Source: Clostridiales bacterium
Lineage (GTDB): Bacteria; Bacillota; Clostridia; Oscillospirales; Oscillospiraceae
Assembly: GCA_022774865.1 (NCBI GenBank)
Contig: JALFLH010000031.1
Location: 26,225-90,224, forward strand
Direction of reading: 5' to 3'
Length of the DNA: 64,000 nucleotides
Shown here: piece after piece, positions 37,392 through 46,914 of the stretch
Layout: each line of letters begins with the position of its first letter
Numbering within the stretch: position 1 is the stretch's first letter
Translations under genes and position numbers: made by a program
The notes under the pieces: model-generated
Database searches by the model: none
What the model saw: the letters and a program-made list of their open reading frames with translations, nothing else
What the model was told of the DNA's origin: nothing

Positions 37392-38693
37392 ATGACGCAG
37401 TATTCCATTTCTGATTTGGTTACTTACTTTTTTCTGTATGCCTTGCTGGGCTGGGTGATTCAGGTGGTTTGCATTGCTTTGAAGGATAGGCGTTATGTAA
37501 ACCGCGGATTGCTGAATCTTCCCTTCTCGGTTCCCTGCGGCATTACCGCCGTGATTCTTCTGCTGGCGCTGCCCACCCTGGATGGGTATCTGCTGCTCCA
37601 GCTCGTGGTATGCTGGGTGATCATGGGGATCGTTAACCGGCTGACAGAGGAGTTTGTGCGCAGCATTGCCCGGCGCAGCGCAATGACAGAGCCGCAGCGT
37701 CAAAAGCTGCCGTTCTGGGCGGAACTGCTTCTGAGCTTGCTGGAAGCGCTGGCCTATCTGGTGGCCTATCTGGTCATACACCCGTTTGTCTATGCGATGG
37801 TGACCTGGCTTCCGAATTGGCTGGTCATGGCAGCGGCGATTACCCTGCCCGTGCTGACACTGGCGGATTATTTGGGCGTCCGGTATACCCTGCGCACCAA
37901 CCGGACAACCAAAGGCGCGCAGGAATGCAAAGTGTGGACCCAGCGTCTCGCGGACTGGATGGGCAACCATGTCTGGAAGCGTTTGGAAAAGGCATATCCC
38001 GGCGTGACAAAGATGGAGCCGGAAAACCGAAACCGCTATGTCTTTGCCAAGGGCATCTGCTTTGACAAACTGGTCTGGGTTTTTCTGGTGACCTCTTTTC
38101 TGGGCGCGCTGATTGAGATGGTTTTCTGCTTCGTTACCGGCGGCAAGTGGATGAGCCGTTCCAGCGTCCTGTATGGCACTTTCAGCTTTGTGTGGGGCTT
38201 TGGCGCGGTTGTGTTGACCGTGGTGCTTCAGCGTCTGGCGGGCAAGGAGGATCGAAAGGTGTTTCTGGCCGGCTTTGTGGTGGGCGGCGCCTATGAGTAC
38301 CTGTGCAGCGTATTCACAGAGCTGGTATTCGGAACCGTGTTCTGGGACTACAGTGATATGCCTCTGAACATCGGCGGACGAACCAATGTTCTCTACTGCA
38401 TTTTCTGGGGGCTGCTGGCCGTGGTGTGGATTAAGGTGCTGTATCCGCCCATGTCCAGGGAAATTGAAAAAATACCGCCGCTGCTTGGCAAGATTATCAC
38501 ATGGGTGATCGTTTTTGTGATGCTGTGCGACGGCCTGCTGACGGTCTGCGCCATGTGCCGCTATACCGAGCGGCAGACAGATCCCAATCCCTCCAACTTC
38601 ATCGAGTCGTTTCTGGACCGGCGATACCACGACGACTGGATGGAAAAGCGCTGGCCGAATATGGAGATTACCGCTTCCGACGGGGGAATGTAG
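37392..38693 (+). CDS. polytopic membrane protein with two PF06541-like (putative ABC-transporter type IV / DUF1113) repeats
   Basis: Two copies of the F..LG..IE/Q......G......G-type N-terminal pattern (FLYALLGWVIQVV.., SFLGALIEMVF..). Confidence 0.55.
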   Translation: MTQYSISDLVTYFFLYALLGWVIQVVCIALKDRRYVNRGLLNLPFSVPCGITAVILLLALPTLDGYLLLQLVVCWVIMGIVNRLTEEFVRSIARRSAMTEPQRQKLPFWAELLLSLLEALAYLVAYLVIHPFVYAMVTWLPNWLVMAAAITLPVLTLADYLGVRYTLRTNRTTKGAQECKVWTQRLADWMGNHVWKRLEKAYPGVTKMEPENRNRYVFAKGICFDKLVWVFLVTSFLGALIEMVFCFVTGGKWMSRSSVLYGTFSFVWGFGAVVLTVVLQRLAGKEDRKVFLAGFVVGGAYEYLCSVFTELVFGTVFWDYSDMPLNIGGRTNVLYCIFWGLLAVVWIKVLYPPMSREIEKIPPLLGKIITWVIVFVMLCDGLLTVCAMCRYTERQTDPNPSNFIESFLDRRYHDDWMEKRWPNMEITASDGGM

Positions 38694-38776
38694 CGGAATC
38701 GGGCAATTTCCCCTTTCCGCTGCCGGGGAAACAATGGGGTGCTCTGGGGAATAGCATGATTCTGAGGTGATGGAGG

Positions 38777-38944
38777 ATGAACACCTGCGAATTGACGGCG
38801 GCCATTACAGCGGCCGCGAATGCGCTCTCCTGCGGGCGATCCGTCGATGAAATCAACCTGCTGGGCGCGGTTCTGACGCAGCTTGGCGACACACTGATTA
38901 CCATCGCGACACAGAAAAGCATCTGCGAACCCCATTCTTCCTGA
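38777..38944 (+). CDS. unannotated small ORF (55 aa), below the ORF-track cutoff
   Basis: MNTCELTAAITAAANALSCGRSVDEINLLGAVLTQLGDTLITIATQKSICEPHSS. GAGGTGA lies 6 nt upstream and a terminator follows immediately. Confidence 0.45.
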   Translation: MNTCELTAAITAAANALSCGRSVDEINLLGAVLTQLGDTLITIATQKSICEPHSS

Positions 38945-38956
38945 CAAAAGAAGCAT

Positions 38957-38996
38957 ACCCCGCCGTGTTCTAACCCGGCGGGGTGTTGATTTTGTT
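38957..38996 (+). terminator. rho-independent terminator
   Basis: ACCCCGCCG (38957-38965) / CGGCGGGGT (38976-38984), then GTTGATTTTGTT. Confidence 0.6.
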
Positions 38997-39014
38997 CCAT
39001 CCTTACGGTATAAT
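38986..39014 (+). promoter_or_regulatory. sigma-A promoter of the moa operon
   Basis: TTGATT (38986-38991), 17 nt, TATAAT (39009-39014). The leader is too short for a Moco riboswitch. Confidence 0.6.
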
Positions 39015-39038
39015 TAAGAAAAACGCAAGAGGTAGCCT

Positions 39039-39992
39039 ATGACTGATGGATTTGGCCGCAATGTGAATTATCTTCGGATGTCCGTGACGGAGCTGTGCAA
39101 TCTCCGCTGCCGGTATTGTATGCCGGCGGAAGGCGTGTGCAAAAAGGAGCACGCCGAGATGCTGACGGAGGAAGAGATGATCACAGCCGTGGAAGCGGCG
39201 GCCTCTCTGGGCATCACCAAGCTGCGCATCACCGGCGGGGAACCGTTGGTGAAAAAGAATATCCTTTCCATCTGCCGCCGGGCGGCGCAGGTGGCGGGAA
39301 TCCGGGAGCTTGCGCTGACGACCAACGGCGTGCTCCTGCCCCAATTTGCCCGGCCGCTGCGGGAAGCCGGGGTGGAGCGGGTGAACATCAGTCTGGATAC
39401 CCTGAATCCGGAGAAATATTCCTATATTACCCGCATCGGCACGTTGTCGGATGCCCTGGCCGGAATCCAGGCGGCGTTGGATGCGGGATTTCAAAAGGTG
39501 AAAATCAACGCCGTGCTGATCGGCGGCTTTAACGATGACGAGATCCTGCCGCTGGCATTGCTGACGAAGCAGTACCCGGTGGACGTGCGGTTTATTGAGC
39601 TGATGCCCATGTACGACAGCGGTGACTTTGATCAGAGCGCCTATATTCCCGGCTCGGTGGTGCTGGAGCGGCTGCCTGAGGCGGTTCCTGTTTCGGGGGA
39701 TGGGGGCGTTGCGAAACGCTACCGGCTACCGGATGCCATGGGCTGCATTGGCCTGATCAACCCGGTCAGTGCCCAGTTCTGCGGTACGTGCAGCCGAATT
39801 CGCCTGACCGCCGACGGAAAACTGAAGCCCTGCCTGCACAGCCCGGAGGAATACCCAATCAAGGGGCTGAGCTTTCCGGAAATGCGGGCGCAGATGGAAC
39901 GGGCAATTTTATGGAAACCTAAGTGGCACGGAAACCTGAACGCGGCGCACCGCAGCCGGGCTGGGCGGGACATGAACCGGATTGGAGGGTGA
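39039..39992 (+). CDS. moaA: GTP 3',8-cyclase (radical SAM)
   Basis: CNLRCRYC radical-SAM cluster, GGEPL, and a C-terminal Cys cluster (CGTCSRIRLTADGKLKPCL). Confidence 0.93.
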   Translation: MTDGFGRNVNYLRMSVTELCNLRCRYCMPAEGVCKKEHAEMLTEEEMITAVEAAASLGITKLRITGGEPLVKKNILSICRRAAQVAGIRELALTTNGVLLPQFARPLREAGVERVNISLDTLNPEKYSYITRIGTLSDALAGIQAALDAGFQKVKINAVLIGGFNDDEILPLALLTKQYPVDVRFIELMPMYDSGDFDQSAYIPGSVVLERLPEAVPVSGDGGVAKRYRLPDAMGCIGLINPVSAQFCGTCSRIRLTADGKLKPCLHSPEEYPIKGLSFPEMRAQMERAILWKPKWHGNLNAAHRSRAGRDMNRIGG

Positions 39993-39994
39993 AT

Positions 39995-40498
39995 ATGGAA
40001 GATTTTACCCATTTTAATGACCAGGGCCGGGCGAAGATGGTGGACGTGGGCGAGAAGCCCCACTCCCACCGTACCGCCGTAGCCGGCGGGCGTGTGCTGG
40101 TGAGCCGGCAGACCTTTGATTTGATCCGCTCCGGTGGGGTGAAGAAGGGCGATGTGCTGACCGTGGCGCAGATTGCCGGGATCATGGGGGCAAAGCATAC
40201 GCCGGACCTGATTCCCATGTGCCATCCCATTGTGATGGACGGCATTGATTTGCGGCTGTGGCTGGACGAGCCAAGGCTGTCCGTGGAGATTCAGGCCGCC
40301 GTGTCCTGCGACGGGCGCACCGGCGTGGAGATGGAGGCGTTGACCGCCGTATCCGCGGCCGCCCTGACGGTGTATGATATGTGCAAGGCTGTCCAGAAGG
40401 ACATGGTCATTTCGGACATCCGCCTGCTCAGCAAGACCGGCGGTGTCCACGGAGATTATACGAAGGAGGAAGCGGAATGGGCTACACAGCGGCGGTGA
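39995..40498 (+). CDS. moaC: cyclic pyranopterin monophosphate synthase
   Basis: THFNDQGRAKMVDVGEK, IPMCHP and GVEMEALTAVSAAALTVYDMCKA. Start at ATG 39995 after GGAGGG. Confidence 0.92.
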   Translation: MEDFTHFNDQGRAKMVDVGEKPHSHRTAVAGGRVLVSRQTFDLIRSGGVKKGDVLTVAQIAGIMGAKHTPDLIPMCHPIVMDGIDLRLWLDEPRLSVEIQAAVSCDGRTGVEMEALTAVSAAALTVYDMCKAVQKDMVISDIRLLSKTGGVHGDYTKEEAEWATQRR

Positions 40499-40971
40499 TT
40501 ACCGTCAGTGACAAGGGTTTCCGGGGCGAACGGGTGGATACCAGCGGCCCGAACCTGTGTGAGATTCTGAAGGACAGGGGCTTCGAGGTGGTATATTCCG
40601 CCCTTGTTCCAGATGAATCGGAGAGAATTCAGGCGGAGCTTCGCAAGTGCGCCGACGCGCTGGGAATCGCGCTGGTGCTGACCACCGGCGGCACCGGCTT
40701 TTCACCCCGGGATATCACCCCTGAGGCTACGTTGGCGGTGGTGGAGCGGCTGGCGCCCGGTATTCCGGAGGCCATGCGCGCCGAGAGCATGAAGATCACA
40801 CCCAAAGGCTGCCTGTCCCGGTCTGTGGCCGGAATCCGCGGCCGCACGCTGATCATCAACCTGCCCGGGAGCAGAAAGGCATCTGCCGAGAATATTCTGG
40901 CGGTGATTGACCCCGTGCAGCATGGATTGGAAATCCTGCTGGGCGAGGGCAGCGCCGACTGCGCGAAATAA
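40477..40971 (+). CDS. MogA/MoaB-family molybdopterin adenylyltransferase
   Basis: AVITVSDKG and LTTGGTGFSPRD motifs. Start at ATG 40477 after GAAGGAGGAAG. Confidence 0.85.
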   Translation: MGYTAAVITVSDKGFRGERVDTSGPNLCEILKDRGFEVVYSALVPDESERIQAELRKCADALGIALVLTTGGTGFSPRDITPEATLAVVERLAPGIPEAMRAESMKITPKGCLSRSVAGIRGRTLIINLPGSRKASAENILAVIDPVQHGLEILLGEGSADCAK

Positions 40972-40977
40972 AACAGA

Positions 40978-41003
40978 CAAGGCCATCCGAAAGGATGGCC
41001 TTG
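40978..41003. terminator. bidirectional terminator
   Basis: CAAGGCCATCC-GAAA-GGATGGCCTTG perfect hairpin between convergent genes. Confidence 0.75.
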
Positions 41004-41007
41004 CGTT

Positions 41008-41409
41008 TTAATACAGCTCTGTTTCCGTGACGCACTCGGATTTGATGCGGCTGACCAGATATTGCAGACCGTCTATCACATGGGGGCGAATATCGCCGCC
41101 GAGCAGCACGTACATGATGTCGTCCCCCGGCTCCAACAGCCCTTCATTGAGCCATACCCGAATGTAATAGATCCCTTCCATCCGGTAGGTGTCGGCTATG
41201 ACGGCATCCAGCTTTTCCCGGTCGTAGGAAAAGCGCATCCCGGTCACGGGCTTGGCGGACGTGTCCCCCTGGCGCACCCGTGCCCGGGCGGTCTGACGGA
41301 CGGTGCCGTTGTGGGTCAGATACATACCGATTTTCGGAGCGCTTTCGTGGGCTTTGGCTTCTTTCAGCCAGACGTCCATGGAGGGAGGCGTTTGTCTGCT
41401 GCTGCTCAT
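41008..41409 (-). CDS. MoaE-like (molybdopterin synthase large-subunit fold) protein
   Basis: THNGTVRQ... and IRVWLNEGLLEPGDDIMYVLLGGDIRPHVIDGLQYLVSRIK follow the MoaE pattern. Similarity is weak and judged by eye. Confidence 0.45.
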   Translation of the reverse strand: MSSSRQTPPSMDVWLKEAKAHESAPKIGMYLTHNGTVRQTARARVRQGDTSAKPVTGMRFSYDREKLDAVIADTYRMEGIYYIRVWLNEGLLEPGDDIMYVLLGGDIRPHVIDGLQYLVSRIKSECVTETELY

Positions 41410-42122
41410 ACGGACTCCGTTTCCCGGCAGGCGGCGACAAAGGCGTCAAACACCTTTTGCTGAACGGCATTGCGGCGGCTCAGGTGTTCGGGGTGCCACT
41501 GCAGGCCGATGCAGAACCGGTGAGACGGCATTTCCAGCGCTTCGATAAAGCCATCGCTGCTGACGGCGGCCACGGTCAGATCCTTGCCCGGCTTGTCCGC
41601 CGCCTGATGGTGCATACTGTTGACCTGCAATTCGGATTCGCCCAGAATGCGGTGAAGTTGGGTGCCCTCTGTGATGGTGATGCCGTGAACGCCCTGCGCG
41701 CGGTGCTTGAAATCCGAATGCCGGCAGGTCTGAATGCCCTTGATATCCTGATACAGGGTGCCGCCGCAGAACACATTCAGCACCTGAATGCCCCGGCAGA
41801 TGCCCAGAATGGGCTTGCCTGTGGGGAGAAAGTCTTTCAGCATCTGCAGTTCCAAAGTGTCCCGCACAAAATCCGGCTCATTGCATTCCGGCGTCTTGAT
41901 CTGGCCGTAAAACGCGGGGTCCACATCCCCGCCGCCGGGCAGCAGCAGACCGTCGCAGGTGAGCATGGCTTTGATGGCTTTCTCGGGATCGCCCAGTTCA
42001 ATCCAGCGTACCTTCGCGCCGGCACGCCGCAGACTCTGCACATATTTGCTGTTCATGTACCGGCGGAACAGGTCTTTCCCCGCCAGCGTCATGGCAATGA
42101 CAGGTTTCTTCATATAATTCAT
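41406..42122 (-). CDS. class I glutamine amidotransferase / peptidase C26 (gamma-glutamyl-GABA hydrolase-like)
   Basis: LLLPGGGDVDP, nucleophile elbow GICRGIQVLN and QWHPE. Alternative start at ATG 42113. Confidence 0.85.
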   Translation of the reverse strand: MNYMKKPVIAMTLAGKDLFRRYMNSKYVQSLRRAGAKVRWIELGDPEKAIKAMLTCDGLLLPGGGDVDPAFYGQIKTPECNEPDFVRDTLELQMLKDFLPTGKPILGICRGIQVLNVFCGGTLYQDIKGIQTCRHSDFKHRAQGVHGITITEGTQLHRILGESELQVNSMHHQAADKPGKDLTVAAVSSDGFIEALEMPSHRFCIGLQWHPEHLSRRNAVQQKVFDAFVAACRETESV

Positions 42123-42198
42123 CGCCTCCAGTTACTTCGACCATGCTATCAAAAATATGCGGGCGTGTCAATGGGGGAACCCGCACGCCCGTGTATTT

Positions 42199-43578
42199 TT
42201 ACCGTAAAAAAAGGTGAATCAATTTGTCGTAGATTTTCTGGTAGGGCTGGTAACGCATGGGCAGATCCAGCCACGTTTTTTTATCCACCATGCTCTTGTA
42301 ATGGGTGAAGGTGTCAAAGCCGGTTTTGCCATGGTAGGCACCCATCCCGCTTTCGCCCACGCCTCCATAACCCATGGCGCTGGTGGCCAGATGGATGATG
42401 ACATCGTTGATACAGCCGCCGCCGAAGACGCACCGGCTTGTCACGTCCCGGATGACCTGCTGATCCCGGGCGAAGATATAGAGGGCCAGGGGCTTGTCGT
42501 GGCTGTTCACGGCATCAATAACCTCGTCCATGCTGCCAAAGGTCAGCACCGGGAGCACCGGCCCGAAGATCTCCTCGCCCATCACAGCGTCGTCCCAGGT
42601 GACGTTGTCCATGACGGTGGGTTCTATTTTCAGGGTATGGGCGTTGCTTCGGCCGCCGATGATTACCTTTTCGGGGTCAATCAGCCCGGTGACCCGGGCA
42701 AAGTGCCTGGAGCTGATGAGGTTGCCGTAGGCCTGGTTGGACAGGCAGTCGCTGCCAAACTGCCGGACGATTTCCGCTTTCAGAGCACTCAGAAACGGCG
42801 CTTTCACCGCGGCGTCGCACAGAATATAGTCCGGGGCGACACAGGTTTGACCGCAGTTCAAAAATTTCCCGAACACAATTCGCCGGGCAGCCAGCTTCAG
42901 ATCGGCGCTCCGGTGGATAATACAGGGGCTTTTGCCGCCCAACTCCAGTGTCACGGGGGTCAGATGGGCGGAGGCGCGCTCCAGAACCGTCCGACCCACG
43001 GCTTTGCTGCCGGTGAAGAAAATGTAATCGAATTTCTGCTCCAGCAGGCAACTGTTTTCCGCCCGGCCGCCGGTGACGACGGCCACGTATTCGGGCGGGA
43101 AAATGGAACCGATCAGCTTTTCCAGCAGGGCGCTGGTGGCGGGGGAGTAGGCGCTGGGCTTGATGACCGCTGTATTGCCGGCTGCCAGCGCGTCCGCCAG
43201 CGGGTCCAGCGTCAGCAGCAGGGGATAATTCCAGGGGCTCATGATCAGGGTTACACCATAGGGGCTGGGCTTGCGGTAGCTATGGGAGGCAAACTGGGAA
43301 AGGGGTGTGGGGACGGTTTTTTCTTTGGCGTAGCTACGGATATGCCGCAGTAGATAGCTGATTTCGCTGATAACCAGCCCGGTTTCGCACATATAGCTCT
43401 CTTCGGGGGATTTCCCCAGATCCGCCCGGATGGCCTGCGCGATGGCATCTTCATGATCGGCCAGCGCCTGCCGCAGCTTTTTCAGTGCGGCAATCCGGGT
43501 TTTGACAGGCAGCGTGGCGCCGGAGGCAAAATAGGCGCGCTGCTTTTCCATAACAGCGGTGATTTCCTGCGCGGTCAT
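42199..43578 (-). CDS. NAD(P)-dependent aldehyde dehydrogenase (ALDH3-like)
   Basis: ELGGKSPCII, FTGSKAVG and the catalytic Cys region FLNCGQTCVAPDY. ATGA overlap with the upstream ADH. Confidence 0.9.
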   Translation of the reverse strand: MTAQEITAVMEKQRAYFASGATLPVKTRIAALKKLRQALADHEDAIAQAIRADLGKSPEESYMCETGLVISEISYLLRHIRSYAKEKTVPTPLSQFASHSYRKPSPYGVTLIMSPWNYPLLLTLDPLADALAAGNTAVIKPSAYSPATSALLEKLIGSIFPPEYVAVVTGGRAENSCLLEQKFDYIFFTGSKAVGRTVLERASAHLTPVTLELGGKSPCIIHRSADLKLAARRIVFGKFLNCGQTCVAPDYILCDAAVKAPFLSALKAEIVRQFGSDCLSNQAYGNLISSRHFARVTGLIDPEKVIIGGRSNAHTLKIEPTVMDNVTWDDAVMGEEIFGPVLPVLTFGSMDEVIDAVNSHDKPLALYIFARDQQVIRDVTSRCVFGGGCINDVIIHLATSAMGYGGVGESGMGAYHGKTGFDTFTHYKSMVDKKTWLDLPMRYQPYQKIYDKLIHLFLR

Positions 43579-44783
43579 TTGGATTCCTCCATTACATCGT
43601 AGTAGAATTGTTCCAGTTCCTTCCGGTTCATCAGAACGGGGACGGGATACAGCGGGTTGGCTTCCTTTGCGGCATAGGCGGCCAGACGGGGGATGTCCGC
43701 TTCCTGAATGCCGGGCAGCTTGGCGGGGATTCCCATGGCCCGGTTCATCCGGCGGATTTCCGCAATCAGAAGTCTGGCAGCAGTTTCCGGTGGTGTACTG
43801 GCATCAGAAATGCCCATAGCCACGGCGATATCCTTTGCCTTCCCGTCAATGGAGGAACCGTAGGCTTCCAGCACGTAGGGCAGAAGTACGGCGTTGGCCA
43901 GACCGTGGGGCGTATGGTACTTGCCGCCCAGAGAATGAGCCACCGCGTGGCAGTAACCCACGTAGGACTTGGAGAAGGCGCCGCCGGCCAGAAACGCGGC
44001 GGTGAGCATATTGGTACGGGCGGTCATGTCGTTGCCGTCCCGGTAGGCTTTTTCCAGATTTCCGGCGATCAGGCTTGCGGCTTTCAGGGCATCCCGACGG
44101 GTGGTTTTCGTGGTAGAACGGCCGATGTAGGCCTCAATGGCATGGGTCAGAGCGTCCATGCCGGTGGTGGCGGTCATGTTTTTGGGGAGAGAGCGGGTCA
44201 TTTCCGGGTCCAGAACGGCCACCCGGGGAATCAGGGGAAAGTCATTGATGGGAAATTTGTGGGCAGTTTTGTCGTCGGTGATGACCGTGGCCAGGGTGGT
44301 TTCGCTGCCGGTGCCGGCGGTGGTCGGCACGGCGATCAGAAAGGGGATGGGTTTGAGAATTTTCAGAATGCCCCGCATTTTGGAGATCGGCTTGTTCGGG
44401 CGGGCGATGCGGGCACCGACCGCTTTGGCGCAGTCGATGGCGGAGCCGCCGCCGAACCCAATCAGACCCTGGCAGTTGTCCGCCAGATAGCGTTCCCGTG
44501 CCAGTTCCACATTCCAGACGGTGGGATTGGGGACGGTTTCGTCAAATACGGTATAGCCGATCCCGTTCCGGGTCAGGGCGCTTTTCAGCGGTTCCAACAT
44601 TCCGGACAGGTGGAGAAAGCCGTCCGTGACAATCAGAACCTGCCCGATGCCCTGCTCGTGCAGAATACCGGGCACTTCCTGCACGGAGCGAATGACTTTG
44701 GGTGAGCGGTAAGGCAGAAAGGGGAGCGCCAGACGCAGGACGGTTTGAAAAACACGGCAACAGGCTGTTTGCAAGAAATTCAT
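43575..44783 (-). CDS. iron-containing alcohol dehydrogenase
   Basis: GFGGGSAIDCAKA and metal-binding His motifs (HAIEAY, GYCHAVAHSLGG). RBS AAAGGAG. Confidence 0.9.
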   Translation of the reverse strand: MNFLQTACCRVFQTVLRLALPFLPYRSPKVIRSVQEVPGILHEQGIGQVLIVTDGFLHLSGMLEPLKSALTRNGIGYTVFDETVPNPTVWNVELARERYLADNCQGLIGFGGGSAIDCAKAVGARIARPNKPISKMRGILKILKPIPFLIAVPTTAGTGSETTLATVITDDKTAHKFPINDFPLIPRVAVLDPEMTRSLPKNMTATTGMDALTHAIEAYIGRSTTKTTRRDALKAASLIAGNLEKAYRDGNDMTARTNMLTAAFLAGGAFSKSYVGYCHAVAHSLGGKYHTPHGLANAVLLPYVLEAYGSSIDGKAKDIAVAMGISDASTPPETAARLLIAEIRRMNRAMGIPAKLPGIQEADIPRLAAYAAKEANPLYPVPVLMNRKELEQFYYDVMEESK

Positions 44784-44975
44784 TTGGATACTCCTTTAAA
44801 ATATTGTTGATTACTCAACATCTTGGAAAAAGGAATCATCCGCGCCGCCTCCCCACGGGGAAGAAGATCGGATGCCTGAAACGACATTGCTATTGTAGTT
44901 CGCATTTCCGGTTTTGTCAATATCGGTGAAAAAGGGAAAAGGCTGCGGCAATGGATTTGCCGCAGCCCTGCCGGG

Positions 44976-46277
44976 TCAGTCAAAAAGTTCAATTCCCAGC
45001 GCGGTCAATTCCGCCTGGAGTGCCTTGACGTTCAGATTTCTGGGCGTGCAGCCCTGCCTGGCGCACATGGCGGCGGCTACGCCCACAGCCTGCCCCATGG
45101 CCATGCAGATGGACATGACCCGGTAGGAGGCGTGCGCCCGGTGGGTGCCGGAAATGCAGCGGCCTGCGGTCAGGATGCCGTCAATCTTCTTGGGGACGAA
45201 GCAGCCGTAGGGCAGGTCATAGGGGGTCACATACTGAATCTTTTCTTCGGCCTGTCCCGCGCCGGCGGGATTGTGAATGTCCACGATGAACTCGGCCTTG
45301 TGTACGATTACATCGTCGAACCGCTTGCCTTCGGCCAGCTCCTCCGCGGTGATGTGGTATTCGCCCACCACCCGGCGGGATTCCCGGATGCCGGTGGTGG
45401 TGCCCGAAGAGATGTATTTGCAGTTTTCGTAGCCGGGCAGGTTTTCCCGCAGGAAACTGACCAGAAGATCAATCTGACGGCGAAGTTCCAGCTCTGCGGT
45501 GTACATGGTCTCCACCTTGGTGCTGTCCACACCGTTGACCTGAGTGGTATTCACCTGACGCTCCCCTTTGTGAATGGTGGGGTGCAGCCGGACAGCGGCA
45601 AGATTTTCAGGCAGCAGCCCCGCATCGGCGCAGTCCTTGCAGTAATCCAGAAACCGTTTGCCGTTGAATTGCACCTCGTCCACGTCGCCGATGCAGATTA
45701 CGGCGCGGCTTTCATCCACGTTGTCCAGCGTAAACTCCAGGGTAACGGGCTGCATCAGGCCGTCCTCCCGGCCTTTTTCGATCTCGCAGCCGGCAAAAGC
45801 GGCCACATCCCCGTCGCCGGTGGCGTCGATAACCACTTTCCCGCCCAGCGCTTTCAGCCCCTCCTTGGTGGAGATAATGACGCCCGTAATGGTATTGCCG
45901 TCCATCAGCGCGTCGGCGACCATGGTCTGCAGATAAACGTCGATGTTCTCGTGATGTATGAATTCGGTCATGACGGTTTTTGCCTTCTGCATATCATGGG
46001 CCACACCGATGCGGCCGATCATGTCGTTTTCAGGCACGCCCAGCAGCGCCATCAGCTCGTCCCGCATGGTTCCTTTGCCAACCATGCCCAGAATGGGACC
46101 CACATGGCCGCAGGTCAGATTGCCGCCGGGTACACCGTAACGCTCTACCAGGGCAACCTTCGCGCCCTGACGCGCGGCGGCAACGGCGGCGCAGCTCCCG
46201 GCGGGGCCGGAGCCGCAGACAATCACGTCATAGGTTCGATAGAGGGGAATCTCCCGCGTAAAGGAAATGGTATCCAT
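44976..46277 (-). CDS. FAD-dependent oxidoreductase (PF12831-like), paralog 1
   Basis: YDVIVCGSGPAGSCAAVAAARQGAKVALVERYGVPGGN dinucleotide-binding fold. RBS AAGGAGA. Confidence 0.8.
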   Translation of the reverse strand: MDTISFTREIPLYRTYDVIVCGSGPAGSCAAVAAARQGAKVALVERYGVPGGNLTCGHVGPILGMVGKGTMRDELMALLGVPENDMIGRIGVAHDMQKAKTVMTEFIHHENIDVYLQTMVADALMDGNTITGVIISTKEGLKALGGKVVIDATGDGDVAAFAGCEIEKGREDGLMQPVTLEFTLDNVDESRAVICIGDVDEVQFNGKRFLDYCKDCADAGLLPENLAAVRLHPTIHKGERQVNTTQVNGVDSTKVETMYTAELELRRQIDLLVSFLRENLPGYENCKYISSGTTTGIRESRRVVGEYHITAEELAEGKRFDDVIVHKAEFIVDIHNPAGAGQAEEKIQYVTPYDLPYGCFVPKKIDGILTAGRCISGTHRAHASYRVMSICMAMGQAVGVAAAMCARQGCTPRNLNVKALQAELTALGIELFD

Positions 46278-46292
46278 TGTATTGTCTCCTTA

Positions 46293-46892
46293 TCAGTTCC
46301 GGGTGTCAGCCGACCCGGTTTCATTCCATTTCACCAGCGACCAATGCGCCTGGGAAAACCTGAACACACAGACCCCGCAGTTGGATACGTCGGCGGCGTT
46401 CCGTTCCGGTCTGCATCCCAGCACATGGCAGAGCATGGCAAAGGCAGTACCGGCGTGGCAGACCGCTGCGATTCTGGCATCGGACGGCGCTCCTTGCAGG
46501 CTTTCCATAAATTCCACCACGCGGTGCAACAGTTGATCCAGATTTTCACCGCCATAGGGGGTAAAATCCTGAGCGGTGCGATTTTGCACGTAGGATTTTC
46601 CGAGAGTGGCCTGACATTCGGAGGTGGAACGCCCCGCCAGAGTTCCCACGCTGATTTCCCGCAGGCGCGGATCTGATTCAAAGACACGGCCGGGAAATAC
46701 AGTCCGCGCCGTCTGAACCGCCCGCAGCAAATCACTGACGAGAATCCGGTCAAACCGGATGGACTGGAGAAACCGGCCGGTTTGCCGTGCCTGGGCAATA
46801 CCGGCTTCGGTCAAAGGTACCTGCGCCCAGCCTGCGTGCGTCCGGGTCGCATTGGCCAAGGATTGTCCGTGCCGGATCACGTAAAGCTCCAT
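46293..46892 (-). CDS. histidine phosphatase (phosphoglycerate-mutase) family protein
   Basis: RHG motif (LYVIRHGQSLAN) and the second catalytic His (AAVCHAG). Start at the internal ATG 46892. Confidence 0.85.
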   Translation of the reverse strand: MELYVIRHGQSLANATRTHAGWAQVPLTEAGIAQARQTGRFLQSIRFDRILVSDLLRAVQTARTVFPGRVFESDPRLREISVGTLAGRSTSECQATLGKSYVQNRTAQDFTPYGGENLDQLLHRVVEFMESLQGAPSDARIAAVCHAGTAFAMLCHVLGCRPERNAADVSNCGVCVFRFSQAHWSLVKWNETGSADTRN

Positions 46893-46914
46893 GCTGTCTC
46901 CCTGATGTTGTTGG

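Noticed and set aside
38945-39038. A Moco riboswitch upstream of moaA.
   Set aside because: Only about 25 nt separate the predicted -10 hexamer from the ATG, and the upstream sequence is a terminator. There is no room for the roughly 130-nt Moco RNA motif.
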